A stretch of 62,798 bases of DNA, counting the filler, from Rhabdomonas costata (taxonomy: Eukaryota), in NCBI GenBank assembly GCA_019059605.1. It is 51 parts of 51 records of this genome, joined end to end, with 100 filler letters (N's around TTAATTAATTAA, not from the genome) between each part and the next. Parts side by side here need not be neighbours in the genome. Positions count along the whole stretch, not along the records: positions 61,666 to 62,798 come from JAHMHO010026965.1; 50 more parts are not named here. The stretch is one strand, 5' to 3'. The stretch's first letter is position 1. Each line of letters begins with the position of its first letter. A model generated the notes under the pieces. That model was not told the DNA's origin. It worked only from the letters and a program-made list of their open reading frames with translations, and did not search any database. Shown here piece after piece: positions 62,227 to 62,798 of this stretch. The position numbers were made by a program, and so were the translations under genes.

Positions 62227-62387
62227 CGAAAGATGTTGCTCGTAGCTGCCGTACACAAACAGGCAGGTCGCCGTCTTCGCGAGCTTCGTCCCGCACCACG
62301 CCAAGAAGTCGTGCAAGCTGACATCCTCCAGAGCAATGGTCATGGCGTCCATCTCCCTGCGACTGAAATCCGCGTCCGAATTCCATC
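62227..62387 (-). CDS. Possible insulinase (M16) middle-domain exon
   Basis: DFSRREMDAMTIALEDVSLHDFLAWCGTKLAKTATCLFVYGSYEQHLS resembles AL..V....x..x...L.V.GN; CAG/GTGAGC borders. Confidence 0.5.
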
Positions 62388-62607
62388 CTGAGAGCAGAGC
62401 AGGAACCTAGGAGCCTGCAAACTCAAGCTTGTCAAGTTGCGGGGGAGGATGGGGGTCTGAAATTATACACAATGATGATTTGTGTTGCATTAAAAACAAC
62501 ACAAATCATCATCACATATTCGCTCAGCCAGCTTCCTGGAAACCAATGGAGTGTGCGAGCACAGACCCAAAAAGCAATTCGGCTCTTCGAATCCTAATGG
62601 TGCAGAG

Positions 62608-62744
62608 GGCTGAGCCGAACCTTTTTGTTTGTACAGCAGGCGTCCCGAAACGCAGCGTGGCAGCGTCGTTGGGGTTTTCACCTTTCAGCTTCGGCCGGTG
62701 GTGGTGCCCTTTTGCGTCGCTTCTTGCCCCACGCAGCGGAGGGT
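62608..62744 (+). repeat. Dispersed repeat family B, copy 2
   Basis: Colinear with 4649-4824. Confidence 0.85.
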
Positions 62745-62798
62745 TTAATGACCCGCGACGTAAGTACAACAAAACGAACATCCAACCCCCCCCCACAC

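Overview
This window is not one locus. It is 51 unrelated contigs of about 1.13 kb joined by 50 artificial 100-nt spacers (44 N + TTAATTAATTAA + 44 N), so adjacency across spacers means nothing. The DNA is an intron-rich eukaryotic nuclear genome, most likely a euglenozoan and probably a euglenid (inference). Support: a kinetoplastid-type NADH-fumarate reductase domain, a euglenozoan-style adenylate cyclase, a divergent eIF4E, IFT52, and short GC-rich exons with relaxed GTGYG-like and GC donors. Many contigs start G/T-rich and end A/C-rich, suggesting whole-genome amplification. Manual splicing recovers fragments of LeuRS, PDI, RFC, PI4K, NFU1, ABCG/PDR, insulinase, an Rh transporter, GH18, a histidine kinase and Cache/PBP receptors. 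Most notable: a twister-P5-like ribozyme fold in an ABC-transporter intron, an aerolysin/ETX-MTX2-type pore-forming toxin exon, a spliced R-S-E ADP-ribosyltransferase, non-consensus GC donors, a repeat class lacking specific tetramers, fold-back elements, and a decayed RLE-type non-LTR retrotransposon. All family calls are motif recognition by eye; no searches were run.
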